Positions 1-9,885 of a stretch of DNA of 50,645 bases are shown piece by piece. The translations under genes were made by a program, and so were the position numbers. The first letter of the stretch is position 1; each line of letters opens with the position of its first letter. Under the pieces are notes generated by a model that saw only the letters and a list, made by a program, of their open reading frames with translations, made no database searches and was not told where the DNA came from. Origin of the DNA: an uncultured Myxococcia bacterium (GTDB lineage: Bacteria > Myxococcota_A > JAVEVO01 > CAYZFJ01); contig CAYZFJ010000003.1 in the NCBI GenBank assembly GCA_964477705.1, positions 1 to 50,645 on the forward strand. Reading direction: 5' to 3'.

Positions 1-1
1 A

Positions 2-1753
2 GTCGGTGGTGCAGAGCCCGAGACTGAGACCGTATGGCGTCAGGCAGGTCGATATGAGGCGCCCAGGATTGCGTTTATCAACAAGATGGACCGCACCGGT
101 GCCGATCCCGACCGTTGTATCAGGATGATGAGGGAGCGCCTTAAGGCTAACCCGGTAGTTATCCAACTGCCAATCGGTCTTGAAGAAAACTTCAAGGGTG
201 TGGTTGATCTGATTAACCGAAAAATGTTGGTCTGGGATGAGGAGACCCTTGGTGCCAAGTGGCGCATAGAGGAGATCCCTGAAGACCAGCTTGTGCGTGT
301 GAATGCAGCCAGGGAAGCCATGATTGAGGGTATTGCCGATGTTGATGAGCAGATCATGGAAAAATACCTTGCTGGCGAAGATATTTCAGTCAGCGAGATA
401 AATGCAGCCCTTCGACGGGCGACCATTTCCCTGAATGCAGTTCCGGTTCTTATGGGTTCTGCCTTTAAGAACAAGGGCGTTCAGCCCCTGCTCGATGCGG
501 TGCTGGCTTATCTGCCTTCTCCTTCTGAAGTTAAACCTCCCATGGGGTTGGGCCAGGATGAGGAGATGCATGAAGTGCCAGTAAAGGACGACGGGCCATT
601 TGTTGGGCTGGCGTTCAAGATTGCCTCTGACCCCTATGTGGGTGCACTTACATTCATCAGGGTATATTCGGGGCGTCTCGATTCGGGTACAGCGGTCATG
701 AATTTGCAGAAGGGCAAGCGTGAGAGAATCGGTCGTTTGCTCAAGATGCACTCTAATAAGCGGGAAGAGATCAAAGAAGTCTGGGCTGGTGATATTGCGG
801 CCGCTGTTGGACTTAAAATGACCTCAACCGGTGATACCCTGTTCCTTGGCGATAACCCCGTATTGCTGGAAGCCATGAACTTCCCGGCCCCGGTCATTCA
901 GATTGCGATCGAGCCTAAGACCAAGGTCGATCAGGAGAAGCTTGGAAGGGGACTCCAGTCCCTGGCCCTTGAGGACCCCACCTTTAAGGTCAACTCCTCT
1001 GAGGAGACAGGACAGACTCTGATCTCTGGTATGGGTGAGCTTCACCTGGAAATCATTGTGGACCGGCTCCGCAGGGAATTCGGCGTGGAAGCTGACTACG
1101 GCAATCCCCAGGTCTCTTATCGAGAGTCCTTGCAGAAGCAGGCAACTGCTGAAGGAAGGTTTGTCAAGCAGTCTGGCGGACGCGGCATGTTCGGTGTGGT
1201 CACCCTTGAGGTCGAGCCCTACGATGGTGAAGAGAACTTTATCTTCGTTGATAAGACCAAGGGTGGAGTGGTCCCCAAGGAGTTTATCCCTGCAGTTGAG
1301 GCGGGTGCCAGAGAAGCCATGGACAGTGGACCTGTGGCAGGGTACCCCCTGGTGAAGGTGCAGGTGGCGTTGACCGATGGTAAATATCACCCGGTTGACT
1401 CTAATGAGATGGCATTCAAGATGGCTGGCTCAATTGCGTTTAAGGACGCTGTCAAGCTTTGCGCTCCACAGTTGATGGAGCCCATCATGGATGTTGAAGT
1501 TGTGGTACCCGATGAATACATGGGCGAAGTGATGGGTGATGTTGGCTCCAGGCGAGGCCGGGTCAACGGCTTTGAACCACGCTCAGGGATTCATGTTGTC
1601 GAGGCTGAAGTTCCCCTCTCTGAAATGTTCGGTTATGCAACCCAGCTCAGGAGCATGACCCAGGGAAGGGCCACTTTCAGTATGCAGTTCTCCCACTACG
1701 CGGCTATGTCCGCCAATGTGGCGAAAGATGTTATTGCAAAAGGAAGAGGCTGA
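2..1753 (+). CDS. fusA: Elongation factor G, 5'-truncated by window edge
   Basis: The frame is open from the window edge. The translation runs from ...VWRQAGRYEAPRIAFINKMDRTGAD (NKxD box) through ...MTQGRATFSMQFSHY, typical of EF-G domains G' to V. It sits directly upstream of rpsJ. Confidence 0.95.
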   Translation, partial: VGGAEPETETVWRQAGRYEAPRIAFINKMDRTGADPDRCIRMMRERLKANPVVIQLPIGLEENFKGVVDLINRKMLVWDEETLGAKWRIEEIPEDQLVRVNAAREAMIEGIADVDEQIMEKYLAGEDISVSEINAALRRATISLNAVPVLMGSAFKNKGVQPLLDAVLAYLPSPSEVKPPMGLGQDEEMHEVPVKDDGPFVGLAFKIASDPYVGALTFIRVYSGRLDSGTAVMNLQKGKRERIGRLLKMHSNKREEIKEVWAGDIAAAVGLKMTSTGDTLFLGDNPVLLEAMNFPAPVIQIAIEPKTKVDQEKLGRGLQSLALEDPTFKVNSSEETGQTLISGMGELHLEIIVDRLRREFGVEADYGNPQVSYRESLQKQATAEGRFVKQSGGRGMFGVVTLEVEPYDGEENFIFVDKTKGGVVPKEFIPAVEAGAREAMDSGPVAGYPLVKVQVALTDGKYHPVDSNEMAFKMAGSIAFKDAVKLCAPQLMEPIMDVEVVVPDEYMGEVMGDVGSRRGRVNGFEPRSGIHVVEAEVPLSEMFGYATQLRSMTQGRATFSMQFSHYAAMSANVAKDVIAKGRG

Positions 1754-1837
1754 CAGTCGCTTGACGAATTCTGTTGCATTCAGAAGCAACTGGCTGTACT
1801 CAGTGTGCAATGCAGAATTACTTAGAGGAATTAAATT

Positions 1838-2149
1838 ATGGCTGCGCAGCACAAAATTCGGATACGTTTAAAGGCATATGACTACAAGTTGCTGGATCAG
1901 TCTGCTATGGAAATAGTGGATACAGCAAAGCGGACTGGTGCCAAGGTTGCGGGACCGATCCCACTGCCTACCAAGATTAACAAATACACGGTGCTGCGTG
2001 GACCCCACCTTCACAAGAAGTCCAGAGAACAGTTCGAAGTGCGGACGCACAAGAGACTGCTGGATATTCTGGAACCCACCCAGCAGACGCTGGATGCACT
2101 GATGAAGCTCGACTTGTCGGCAGGGGTTGACGTCGAGATAAGGTCCTGA
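1838..2149 (+). CDS. rpsJ: 30S ribosomal protein S10
   Basis: 103 aa, IRIRLKAYD...GPIPLPT...[12 protein letters not shown], with RBS AGAGGA upstream. First gene of the S10 cluster. Confidence 0.97.
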   Translation: MAAQHKIRIRLKAYDYKLLDQSAMEIVDTAKRTGAKVAGPIPLPTKINKYTVLRGPHLHKKSREQFEVRTHKRLLDILEPTQQTLDALMKLDLSAGVDVEIRS

Positions 2150-2160
2150 AGGAGCAATAA

Positions 2161-2787
2161 ATGGCCACTTTCGAGGTCTATAATCTGGAGCGCCAGAAGG
2201 TCGGCGACATCGAACTGGCTGATGCGGTCTTCGGGGCGGAAGTCAAGGAACACCTGTTCTGGGAGGTGATCCGGTGGCAGCAGGCCAAGACCCGCAGCGG
2301 TTCTGCCAAGGCTAAGACAAGGTCTGAAGTCAGCGGCGGCAATAGCAAACCCTATCGTCAGAAGGGTACTGGTCGGGCAAGGCAAGGTTCCACCAGGGCA
2401 CCTCAGCATGCAGGTGGTGGCCGGGCATTTCCGCCCAGACCCCGCGATTGGTCTTACACCATCCCGAAGAAGGTTCGCAAAGGCGCACTTCGTTCTGCCC
2501 TCTCTCTGAGAGTTCAGGAAAACAGGTTGCTTATTGTGGACAGCTTTAACCTGGCAGAAACCAAGACCAAGGTGGTCTTGGGAGTTCTGGATAAGCTCGG
2601 TCTGAGCAATTCCAGTTGCCTGATTGTGGACGAGCCCAATGATGTGCTCGCACTGTCAACCAGGAATCTGCAGAAGGTTAAGTTTCTGCCCCGCATCGGC
2701 CTGAACCTCTTTGATCTGCTTAAGCATGAGACCCTGATTATGACAAGGGACTCCGCTAAGATGGCAGAAGGAGTCTTGATGCCATGA
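2161..2787 (+). CDS. rplD: 50S ribosomal protein L4
   Basis: 208 aa with the L4 motif [17 protein letters not shown]...GGGRAF. Starts 11 nt after the rpsJ stop. Confidence 0.95.
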   Translation: MATFEVYNLERQKVGDIELADAVFGAEVKEHLFWEVIRWQQAKTRSGSAKAKTRSEVSGGNSKPYRQKGTGRARQGSTRAPQHAGGGRAFPPRPRDWSYTIPKKVRKGALRSALSLRVQENRLLIVDSFNLAETKTKVVLGVLDKLGLSNSSCLIVDEPNDVLALSTRNLQKVKFLPRIGLNLFDLLKHETLIMTRDSAKMAEGVLMP

Positions 2788-3077
2788 ATAGGGACGCATA
2801 CAGCATATTGAAGCGGCCTCTGGTTACTGAGAAGACTCAGGATCAGAAGGAAGACAATAATAGTGTTGCTTTCGAGGTCGTTAGGGACGCAAACAAGATC
2901 GAAATTGCCCACGCTGTCAAGGCTGTGTATGGAGTCAATGTACTCGCTGTTCATACCATGAACATGCACGGCAAGATCAAAAGAGTAGGCAAGCGATTTG
3001 GAAAGTTGCCTAACTGGAAAAAAGCCGTGGTGACCCTGGCAGAGGGCGACACCATCGACTTCTTCGAGGGAGCCTGA
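2784..3077 (+). CDS. rplW: 50S ribosomal protein L23
   Basis: 97 aa, ATGA overlap with rplD, L23-like [10 protein letters not shown]...AFEV...KIEIAHAV, in the canonical position. Confidence 0.94.
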   Translation: MNRDAYSILKRPLVTEKTQDQKEDNNSVAFEVVRDANKIEIAHAVKAVYGVNVLAVHTMNMHGKIKRVGKRFGKLPNWKKAVVTLAEGDTIDFFEGA

Positions 3078-3078
3078 G

Positions 3079-3906
3079 ATGGGCATTAAGATTTACAAGC
3101 CCACATCCCCTGGCCGTCGTGGGATGGAAGGGATGGATACCGCTAAACTGGCCAAGAAGGGACCGGAAAAATCCCTTACTCTTCCGTTGAAGAAATCAGG
3201 TGGCAGAAATGTCGCCGGACGGATCACCAGCAGGCGAAGAGGCGGTGGGCACAAGAGACTGTATCGGATTATTGATTTCAAGCGCGACAAAATGGGAGTT
3301 CCTGCCAAGGTAGCTGCCATTGAGTATGATCCGAACAGAAGTGCGAATATTGCTCTGTTGCAATATGCAGATGGAGAAAAGAGGTATATCCTCTGCCCCA
3401 ACAAGCTGGAACTCGGCAACACAGTCATCAGCTCCGATAACGCTGACATTAAGCCAGGTAACTGCTTGCCTTTGAAGAACATTCCTCTCGGTACTGTTAT
3501 TCACAACATCGAGATGAAGATCGGCAAGGGTGCACAGCTTGTAAGATCTGCCGGTGTTGGTGCCCAGCTTATGGCCAAAGAAGGCTCCTGGGTACAGGTA
3601 AGACTGCCTTCAGGGGAAGTGCGCTATGTGCACTACCTCTGCAGGGCCACCATTGGCAACGTGGGCAACGAAGAACATTATAATATGTCCCTAGGTAAGG
3701 CCGGTCGGAGCCGTTGGCTCGGAATGCGGCCCAAGGTCAGGGGCGTTGCCATGAACCCGGTTGACCATCCGCTCGGCGGTGGTGAAGGCAAGTCCTCCGG
3801 TGGACGACATCCTGTCACACCGTGGGGTAAACCGACAAAAGGCTACAAGACCCGTAACAACAAGGCTACTGACAAGTATATTGTCAAGCGCCGGGGTCAG
3901 AAATAG
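3079..3906 (+). CDS. rplB: 50S ribosomal protein L2
   Basis: 275 aa with GGGHKRLYR and [14 protein letters not shown] motifs. Confidence 0.97.
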   Translation: MGIKIYKPTSPGRRGMEGMDTAKLAKKGPEKSLTLPLKKSGGRNVAGRITSRRRGGGHKRLYRIIDFKRDKMGVPAKVAAIEYDPNRSANIALLQYADGEKRYILCPNKLELGNTVISSDNADIKPGNCLPLKNIPLGTVIHNIEMKIGKGAQLVRSAGVGAQLMAKEGSWVQVRLPSGEVRYVHYLCRATIGNVGNEEHYNMSLGKAGRSRWLGMRPKVRGVAMNPVDHPLGGGEGKSSGGRHPVTPWGKPTKGYKTRNNKATDKYIVKRRGQK

Positions 3907-3924
3907 TAGGACCAGGAGGAGAAT

Positions 3925-4209
3925 GTGCCTCGTTCTGTAAAGAAGGGACCATTTATTGATGGCCACCTGATGGAAAAAGTCATCAAGGTGAATCGGGAAG
4001 GCAAGAAAGCTGCCATCAAGACTTGGTCCAGACGGTCGACAGTCCTTCCCGAGATGGTTGGTGTGACCTTTATGGTCCACAACGGTAACAAGTTTATGCC
4101 GGTATTCGTGTCTGAGAACATGGTCGGCCATAAGCTTGGAGAATTTGCCCCTACCAGAAAGTTCCTCGGACATGCGGGGGACCGTAAGGGTAAGGTCAAA
4201 AAGAAATAG
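3925..4209 (+). CDS. rpsS: 30S ribosomal protein S19
   Basis: 94 aa, GTG start, [11 protein letters not shown]...VHNGNKF...GHKLGEF. Confidence 0.97.
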   Translation: MPRSVKKGPFIDGHLMEKVIKVNREGKKAAIKTWSRRSTVLPEMVGVTFMVHNGNKFMPVFVSENMVGHKLGEFAPTRKFLGHAGDRKGKVKKK

Positions 4210-4226
4210 CTGCGGAGGTCACTAAA

Positions 4227-4562
4227 ATGGAAACAAGGGCAAAATATCGATTTGCCAGGGTAGCCCCTCGCAAGGCCCAGGACGTGTGTGACCTGATTCG
4301 CGGCAAGCAGGTGGAAGAGGCCTTGACAGTGCTGGAGTTCACTAAAAAGTATGCTGCTGGTTTGGTCAAGCAGGTACTTGCATCAGCAGTGGCCAATGCC
4401 ACACAGAAGCCCGGAACCAATGTGGACCTCCTTAGAGTGAAGTCCGCAGAGGCTGGGAAGGGGCCCACAATAAAGAGGTTCAGACCCAGGGCTCAAGGTA
4501 GGGCGACTCGTATCAGGAAGATGACAAGTCACATCACGATTGTCCTGGATGACGCCATCTGA
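4227..4562 (+). CDS. rplV: 50S ribosomal protein L22
   Basis: 111 aa, RVAPRKAQDVCDLIRGK..EEAL..L, in the canonical position. Confidence 0.95.
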   Translation: METRAKYRFARVAPRKAQDVCDLIRGKQVEEALTVLEFTKKYAAGLVKQVLASAVANATQKPGTNVDLLRVKSAEAGKGPTIKRFRPRAQGRATRIRKMTSHITIVLDDAI

Positions 4563-4703
4563 GAATTATCATATGGGTTTAGACCCATGTCGAATCGGCA
4601 TGGGTTCATCCCAATGGCAAGCAGGATGATTGGCACTTTCGGGAACGGACTTGGAGCCTGTCATTGTTGACAGCATGCTCTTAGGTTCAAGGAGGAATGA
4701 CCC

Positions 4704-5381
4704 GTGGGTCAGAAGGTTCACCCGACCAGCATGAGGCTGGGGATCACACGTACGTGGAATTCCATCTGGTTCAACCAGAAGGATTATGCCAAATGGGTCC
4801 ACGAAGATTTCAAGCTGCGGAGTTACCTCAAGGATAAGCTCTACGGTACAGGTGTTTCCCGTATCGAGATCGAGCGAGCGGCTAACAAGATTAAGGTCAC
4901 CATCCAGACCGCAAGGCCGGGTGTGGTTATCGGCAAAAGGGGTGCCGGTGTGGATGTGCTCAGGCAGGATATCCAGAAAGTAACCGGCGGCATGGATGTG
5001 ATTCTGAACATCCAGGAGGTCCGCAAGGTTGAAGTGGATGCCCAGCTTGTTGCAGAGAGCATCGCAACCCAGCTTGAGCGAAGGGTGGCTTTCAGGCGGG
5101 CCATGAAAAAGGCTGTCGGTACTGCGATGAAGATGGGTGCCAAAGGTATTCGTCTGGAAAGCTCGGGCCGACTGGGTGGTGCTGAGATGTCTCGGCGTGA
5201 ATGGTATCGTGAAGGTCGTGTGCCTCTGCATACACTCAGGGCCGACATTGATTATGGGTTTGCCCAGGCCAAGACCACCTATGGGATCATTGGTGTAAAG
5301 TGCTGGGTTTACAAGGGTGACGTTCTGCCCACCAAGCAGGCTGCTGTTGCACCTGCCGCTGCTCCAGCAGCCAGGCGTTGA
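4704..5381 (+). CDS. rpsC: 30S ribosomal protein S3
   Basis: 225 aa, GTG start after [21 protein letters not shown]... KH domain, Ala/Pro-rich tail. Confidence 0.96.
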   Translation: MGQKVHPTSMRLGITRTWNSIWFNQKDYAKWVHEDFKLRSYLKDKLYGTGVSRIEIERAANKIKVTIQTARPGVVIGKRGAGVDVLRQDIQKVTGGMDVILNIQEVRKVEVDAQLVAESIATQLERRVAFRRAMKKAVGTAMKMGAKGIRLESSGRLGGAEMSRREWYREGRVPLHTLRADIDYGFAQAKTTYGIIGVKCWVYKGDVLPTKQAAVAPAAAPAARR

Positions 5382-5510
5382 CAGATAGACTTCCCTTGAA
5401 TTAATACCGATTTGTTTTCTTTATTTCGTTAAATTTTTCGGATACGTCAACTTGCGATTGTTGGCATTAGATGATGTTGTGTCCGACTGGATTTGAAGGG
5501 AGCGTTCTCG

Positions 5511-5930
5511 ATGCTGGCGCCAAGGAGAACTAAATACCGTAAGCAGCAAAAGGGGCGCATGCGGGGTCTGGCCACCCGTGGAAGCGAAGTTTCCTTTGGA
5601 GAGTTTGGGCTCCAGGCGACCGAGTGCGGAAGAATCTCTGCCAGACAGATTGAAGCTGCCCGTATTGCGATGACCAGGAAGATTAAGCGTGGTGGCAAGG
5701 TGTGGATTAGAGTCTTTCCTGACAAACCGGTCTCAAAAAAGCCCGCTGAAACTCGAATGGGTAAGGGCAAGGGAGCGGTGGAAGAGTGGGTTGCCGTAAT
5801 TCACCCTGGCAAAGTCCTCTACGAGATGGAGGGTGTTTCCAGGGAACTTGCTGAAGAAGCTTTCAGGCTTGCAGAACACAAGCTGCCACTGAGGACTAGG
5901 GTAATTCGCCGCGAGGAGTTCAAGGTATGA
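5511..5930 (+). CDS. rplP: 50S ribosomal protein L16
   Basis: I prefer the ATG at 5511 ([16 protein letters not shown]...) over the TTG at 5493 in the ORF track. GAAGGGA RBS upstream. Confidence 0.94.
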   Translation: MLAPRRTKYRKQQKGRMRGLATRGSEVSFGEFGLQATECGRISARQIEAARIAMTRKIKRGGKVWIRVFPDKPVSKKPAETRMGKGKGAVEEWVAVIHPGKVLYEMEGVSRELAEEAFRLAEHKLPLRTRVIRREEFKV

Positions 5931-6154
5931 AAGCGCAGGAAATTCGCATTAAGAAAACTGAAGATCTGAAGGAGCTTGAAACACAGCTCGCAGGAGAGAT
6001 TTTCAAGCTGCGCTTCTCCAAGGCGACAGAACAGCTCGAGAAAACCTCAAAGATCCATGTTGCCAAGAGGAATCTTGCCAGGATTAAGACCATTCTCAAA
6101 GAACGGGAACTGGGCATTTCATCCAGTCGGGATACCGCAGCAGGAGAGCAGTAA
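5927..6154 (+). CDS. rpmC: 50S ribosomal protein L29
   Basis: 75 aa, ATGA overlap with rplP, helical L29-like sequence ([16 protein letters not shown]), correct position. Confidence 0.9.
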   Translation: MKAQEIRIKKTEDLKELETQLAGEIFKLRFSKATEQLEKTSKIHVAKRNLARIKTILKERELGISSSRDTAAGEQ

Positions 6155-6414
6155 TGAGCCAGGGTAGTCGTAGAACCCTTGAGGGTATTGTTAAAAGCGA
6201 CAAGATGGACAAGACTGCGGTGATAGAGGTCACCCACAGGGTGCAGCACCCGGTCTATCAAAAATTCATGAGCCGGAGGGTCTGTTACAAGGCCCACGAT
6301 GAGGCTAACGAGAGCAGAATTGGCGATCGGGTGCGCATCGAGGAGACCAGGCCTATTTCCAAAGATAAGAGATGGGTCATTACAGAGATTTTAGAGCGGG
6401 CTCCTATAGTCTGA
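6154..6414 (+). CDS. rpsQ: 30S ribosomal protein S17
   Basis: 86 aa, TAATG overlap, [20 protein letters not shown]...H..Y.K. Confidence 0.93.
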   Translation: MSQGSRRTLEGIVKSDKMDKTAVIEVTHRVQHPVYQKFMSRRVCYKAHDEANESRIGDRVRIEETRPISKDKRWVITEILERAPIV

Positions 6415-6445
6415 CTCTTCCGAAGCTCTCCGGGAGGAACGTGCA

Positions 6446-6814
6446 ATGATCCAGGTAGAGACAGTAATGAGCGCCGCTGATAACTCAGGCGCCAAAAAAG
6501 TGCAGTGTATAAAGGTCCTTGGAGGCTCCAAGAGACGGTATGCCAGGCTTGGTGACATTGTTGTGGTGAGCGTCAAGGAAGCAATCCCCAACGGTAAGGT
6601 CAAGAAGGGCGACGTGATGAAGGCCGTGGTAGTCAGGACTGCCAAGGAAGTTCGGCGAGCTGATGGATCATACATCAAGTTTGATGAGAATTCCGCAGTT
6701 CTGCTGAACCAGTCCAGAGAGCCTATCGGGACACGTATCTTCGGGCCCGTGGCACGTGAGCTGAGGGCCAAGAAGTTTATGAAGATCATCTCGCTGGCCC
6801 CGGAGGTTTTGTGA
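6446..6814 (+). CDS. rplN: 50S ribosomal protein L14
   Basis: 122 aa, [28 protein letters not shown]... Confidence 0.97.
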   Translation: MIQVETVMSAADNSGAKKVQCIKVLGGSKRRYARLGDIVVVSVKEAIPNGKVKKGDVMKAVVVRTAKEVRRADGSYIKFDENSAVLLNQSREPIGTRIFGPVARELRAKKFMKIISLAPEVL

Positions 6815-7200
6815 TGCGCCAGATTAAGAAGAACGACCAGGTTCAGGTCATGGCCGGACGGGATAAGGGCAAGCAGGGCAAAGTGCTCAAGGTGCTCACC
6901 GATAAGGACAAGGCCATTGTGGCAGGTGTGAACCGAGTCAAGCGGCATCTTAAGCCCGGTGCTCGTAAAACTGCAGAGCAGGGTGGTATCATCGAGATTG
7001 AAGCACCGATCCATATCTCGAACATTCTCCCCTATTGCAGCAAATGCTCGAAGGGTTCCAGGGTTTCGATCCGCTTTGTAGGAAAGAGTGGCGAATTTTT
7101 CACTACTCAACTGGACGCGGTCAATTCCTTTGGCGAGAGCGCGCCTGAAAAGATACGAAAGATTCGAGTCTGCCACAAGTGTGGCCAGGCTATGGACTAG
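6814..7200 (+). CDS. rplX: 50S ribosomal protein L24 with C-terminal CxxC...CxxC insertion
   Basis: KOW motif [15 protein letters not shown], canonical slot. The start is either ATG 6814 or GTG 6811. At 128-129 aa it is longer than the ~104-aa E. coli protein. Confidence 0.9.
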   Translation: MRQIKKNDQVQVMAGRDKGKQGKVLKVLTDKDKAIVAGVNRVKRHLKPGARKTAEQGGIIEIEAPIHISNILPYCSKCSKGSRVSIRFVGKSGEFFTTQLDAVNSFGESAPEKIRKIRVCHKCGQAMD

Positions 7201-7211
7201 GAGTTACAGGT

Positions 7212-7757
7212 ATGGCCGCACCGCGCTTAAAGCAAAAATATATTGACGATGTTTTGCCAAAACTGAAGTCAGAGTTCAATTACAAGAACCCTATGCAGAT
7301 CCCAAACCTTGAGAAGGTGGTCCTTAACATGGGCCTGGGTGAGGCGAAAGAGAACGCAAGAGTTCTTGAGTTGGGCGTGGAACAGCTCAAAATTATTTCC
7401 GGTCAAAAGCCGGTGGTTACCAAGGCCAGGACCTCTGTCGCTGCATTTAAATTGCGAGCCGGTATGTCCATCGGAACCATGGTTACACTGCGCGGTGACA
7501 GGATGTGGGAGTTCCTTGAGAAAATGTTCAGTTTGGCTCTGCCCCGTGTAAGAGACTTTAGGGGTGTCAGTACCAAAGGTTTCGATGGAAAAGGCAATTA
7601 TACTTTGGGTGTGAAAGAGCAAATCATTTTCCCAGAGATTAATTATGATGAAATCGAAAAGATTAAGGGTCTCAACATCACCATCGTGACAACAGCGAAT
7701 ACCGATGAAGAAGGAAGAGCCCTTCTGCGAGAACTCGGGATGCCGTTTCGCAGGTAA
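7212..7757 (+). CDS. rplE: 50S ribosomal protein L5
   Basis: ATG at 7212 preceded by AGGAG. PRLKQKY...[15 protein letters not shown]. Confidence 0.95.
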   Translation: MAAPRLKQKYIDDVLPKLKSEFNYKNPMQIPNLEKVVLNMGLGEAKENARVLELGVEQLKIISGQKPVVTKARTSVAAFKLRAGMSIGTMVTLRGDRMWEFLEKMFSLALPRVRDFRGVSTKGFDGKGNYTLGVKEQIIFPEINYDEIEKIKGLNITIVTTANTDEEGRALLRELGMPFRR

Positions 7758-7777
7758 CCGGGGCAAGGGAGGCTAAA

Positions 7778-7960
7778 GTGGCCAAGAAATGCAAAATGAT
7801 ACCCGGTAAACCCAAGAAATTCCAGGTTCGGGTTCATAACAGATGTCGGATATGCGGAAGGTCCAGAGGTTACCTCAGGAAATTCGGATTGTGTAGAATT
7901 CATTTCCGGGATCTCTCGGCAAGAGGTGACATACCCGGCGTCGTTAAGTCGAGCTGGTAA
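7778..7960 (+). CDS. rpsN: 30S ribosomal protein S14, short zinc-type form
   Basis: 60 aa, GTG start, [24 protein letters not shown]...GVVKSSW. Confidence 0.93.
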   Translation: MAKKCKMIPGKPKKFQVRVHNRCRICGRSRGYLRKFGLCRIHFRDLSARGDIPGVVKSSW

Positions 7961-7973
7961 GAGGGAGACCAAG

Positions 7974-8372
7974 ATGGCTATGACCGATCCCATTGCGGAT
8001 ATGTTGACCCGAATGAGGAATGCCATTTCGGCGAGGCATGAAAAAGTAGTGTGCCCTTCATCGAACCTTAAAGTGAGCGTTGCTCAGGTTCTGAAGGACC
8101 AGGGTTACATCCGTGACTTTGATGTTACTGATGACGGAAAACAGGGCACTCTTCAGATTCAACTCAAGTACCTGGATGAGCGGCAGAACGCAATTGCAGG
8201 TTTGAAAAAAGTGTCTAAACCCGGCCGAAGGGTTTACGTCAAGCATAATGAAATTCCTTCAGTCCTCAACGGACTTGGAATCAATATTCTGTCCACCTCC
8301 AAGGGGATCCTCAGCGATGGGGATGCCAGGAAGAGTAAGGTCGGAGGCGAACTGATCTGTTCCATCTGGTAA
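7974..8372 (+). CDS. rpsH: 30S ribosomal protein S8
   Basis: In-frame ATG at 7974 (MAMTDPIADMLTRMRNA) after GAGGGAGA. The upstream part of the track ORF overlaps rpsN. Confidence 0.95.
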   Translation: MAMTDPIADMLTRMRNAISARHEKVVCPSSNLKVSVAQVLKDQGYIRDFDVTDDGKQGTLQIQLKYLDERQNAIAGLKKVSKPGRRVYVKHNEIPSVLNGLGINILSTSKGILSDGDARKSKVGGELICSIW

Positions 8373-8399
8373 CAGACAGTTGTCTCAAAGGAGGCTAAG

Positions 8400-8942
8400 T
8401 TGTCCCGTATAGGCAAAATGCCCATCCAGGTGCCCAAGGCGGTGAAAGTCGTCCTCGATGGTAATCTGGTTAAGGTTGAAGGGCCCAAAGGAAAACTGGA
8501 GCGGACAATGCCCCCGAAAGTGGTGGTCGGGATGGAAGACTCCACAATCGTGGTCAAGCCCGTTGACGAAACCAGGGAAGCAAACGGCTTCCATGGTCTT
8601 GCCAGAACCCTGATCAATAACATGGTCGTGGGTGTTTCACAGGGTTTCAGCAAGGTTCTTGAAATCAATGGTGTTGGATACAAGGCCGAGGACAAGGGAA
8701 GTGGCGAACTTCAGTTTGCCTTAGGATATTCCCACCCGATCCTGTATAAATTGCCGGCGCAAGTCAGCGTTGTGGTGGAGAAGGGCGTAAAAATCACGCT
8801 TACATCCGCAGACAAAGAAGCTCTCGGTCACGCCGCAGCCAAGATCAGATCATTCAGACCACCCGAGCCATACAAGGGCAAGGGGATCAAATATTCTACC
8901 GAGCACATTCGGCGCAAGGCTGGTAAGGCTGGAAGCCGATAA
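8400..8942 (+). CDS. rplF: 50S ribosomal protein L6
   Basis: 180 aa, TTG start after AAGGAGG, SRIGKMPIQVP..V. Confidence 0.95.
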   Translation: MSRIGKMPIQVPKAVKVVLDGNLVKVEGPKGKLERTMPPKVVVGMEDSTIVVKPVDETREANGFHGLARTLINNMVVGVSQGFSKVLEINGVGYKAEDKGSGELQFALGYSHPILYKLPAQVSVVVEKGVKITLTSADKEALGHAAAKIRSFRPPEPYKGKGIKYSTEHIRRKAGKAGSR

Positions 8943-8969
8943 GAGGTCGAGCATCAGGAGGGTCTTGAG

Positions 8970-9341
8970 GTGAGGACCACACAGAAAAGTCATGAACTGA
9001 GGCTTCGCAGAAAGCGAAGGGTTCGCAGGCATGTACTCGGCACAACCGAGCGGCCCAGAATCAGCGTATACAGAAGCCTTCAGCACATATACGTTCAAGT
9101 CATTGATGATACCAATGGCAGCACACTTGCGGCCACGTCAACTCTAGATCCTGCAGTGAAGGCTGATCTTGGCGATGACCTGGACAAGAAGGGTGCAGCC
9201 AAGGTGGTTGGAAAGCGGTTGGCCGCAATCTGTAAAGAGAAGAACATCGCTCGGGTGGTGTTCGACAGGAACGGCTTCCGTTATCATGGTAGGGTCTCTT
9301 CCCTGGCGCAGGCTGCCCGGGAGGGGGGGCTCGAGTTTTAG
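8970..9341 (+). CDS. rplR: 50S ribosomal protein L18
   Basis: 123 aa, GTG start, [20 protein letters not shown]...[12 protein letters not shown]. Confidence 0.93.
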   Translation: MRTTQKSHELRLRRKRRVRRHVLGTTERPRISVYRSLQHIYVQVIDDTNGSTLAATSTLDPAVKADLGDDLDKKGAAKVVGKRLAAICKEKNIARVVFDRNGFRYHGRVSSLAQAAREGGLEF

Positions 9342-9359
9342 GATTCCCAGGAGGATACT

Positions 9360-9884
9360 GTGGCTGACAAACACGGGCCCATTGAAGAACAGCAGAGCGA
9401 ATTTTCCGAGCGCGTGGTGCACATCAACAGATGCGCTAAGGTCGTCAAGGGCGGCCGGCGGTTTTCGTTCAGTGCTATAGTAGTTGTTGGTAATGGGAAA
9501 GGTCAGGTCGGTGTTGGCCTTGGCAAGGCTAACGAGGTCCCCGAAGCTATCCGTAAGGGTGGAGATCGGGCCCGAAAGAACCTGGTTGATATTCCCATTG
9601 TTGATGGAAGAACAATCAGCCATGAAGTGCTTGGCCACTATGGCGCTGGTAAGGTGCTGCTCAAGCCCGCTCCCAACGGGACAGGCGTTATCGCAGGCGG
9701 TGCTGCACGAGCAGTAGTGGAACAGGCCGGGTTCAAGGATATCCTGGCCAAGAGCCTTGGCAGTGCAAACGCACATAACGTGGTCCATGCGACCATGAAA
9801 GCGCTCCAGTCTCTCACTTCAGTGGAAGAAACCGCAAAGCGTCGTGGAATCTCGGTTCAGTCGCTTACCGGTGAGGAGGGCTGA
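9360..9884 (+). CDS. rpsE: 30S ribosomal protein S5
   Basis: 174 aa, GTG start, [34 protein letters not shown]. Confidence 0.95.
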   Translation: MADKHGPIEEQQSEFSERVVHINRCAKVVKGGRRFSFSAIVVVGNGKGQVGVGLGKANEVPEAIRKGGDRARKNLVDIPIVDGRTISHEVLGHYGAGKVLLKPAPNGTGVIAGGAARAVVEQAGFKDILAKSLGSANAHNVVHATMKALQSLTSVEETAKRRGISVQSLTGEEG

Positions 9885-9885
9885 A

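Noticed and set aside
1754-1837. tuf (EF-Tu) is absent between fusA and rpsJ; only an 84-nt spacer is present.
   Set aside because: Several bacterial lineages, such as those with a Bacteroidota-type str operon, place tuf elsewhere. This alone is not unusual. It is worth noting only together with the missing rplC.
6391-7176. A 261-aa ORF on the minus strand, antisense to rplN/rplX.
   Set aside because: It fully overlaps two highly conserved ribosomal protein genes, has no RBS, and has a Ser/Leu/Arg/Ala-rich composition with no recognisable motif. It looks like a shadow ORF.
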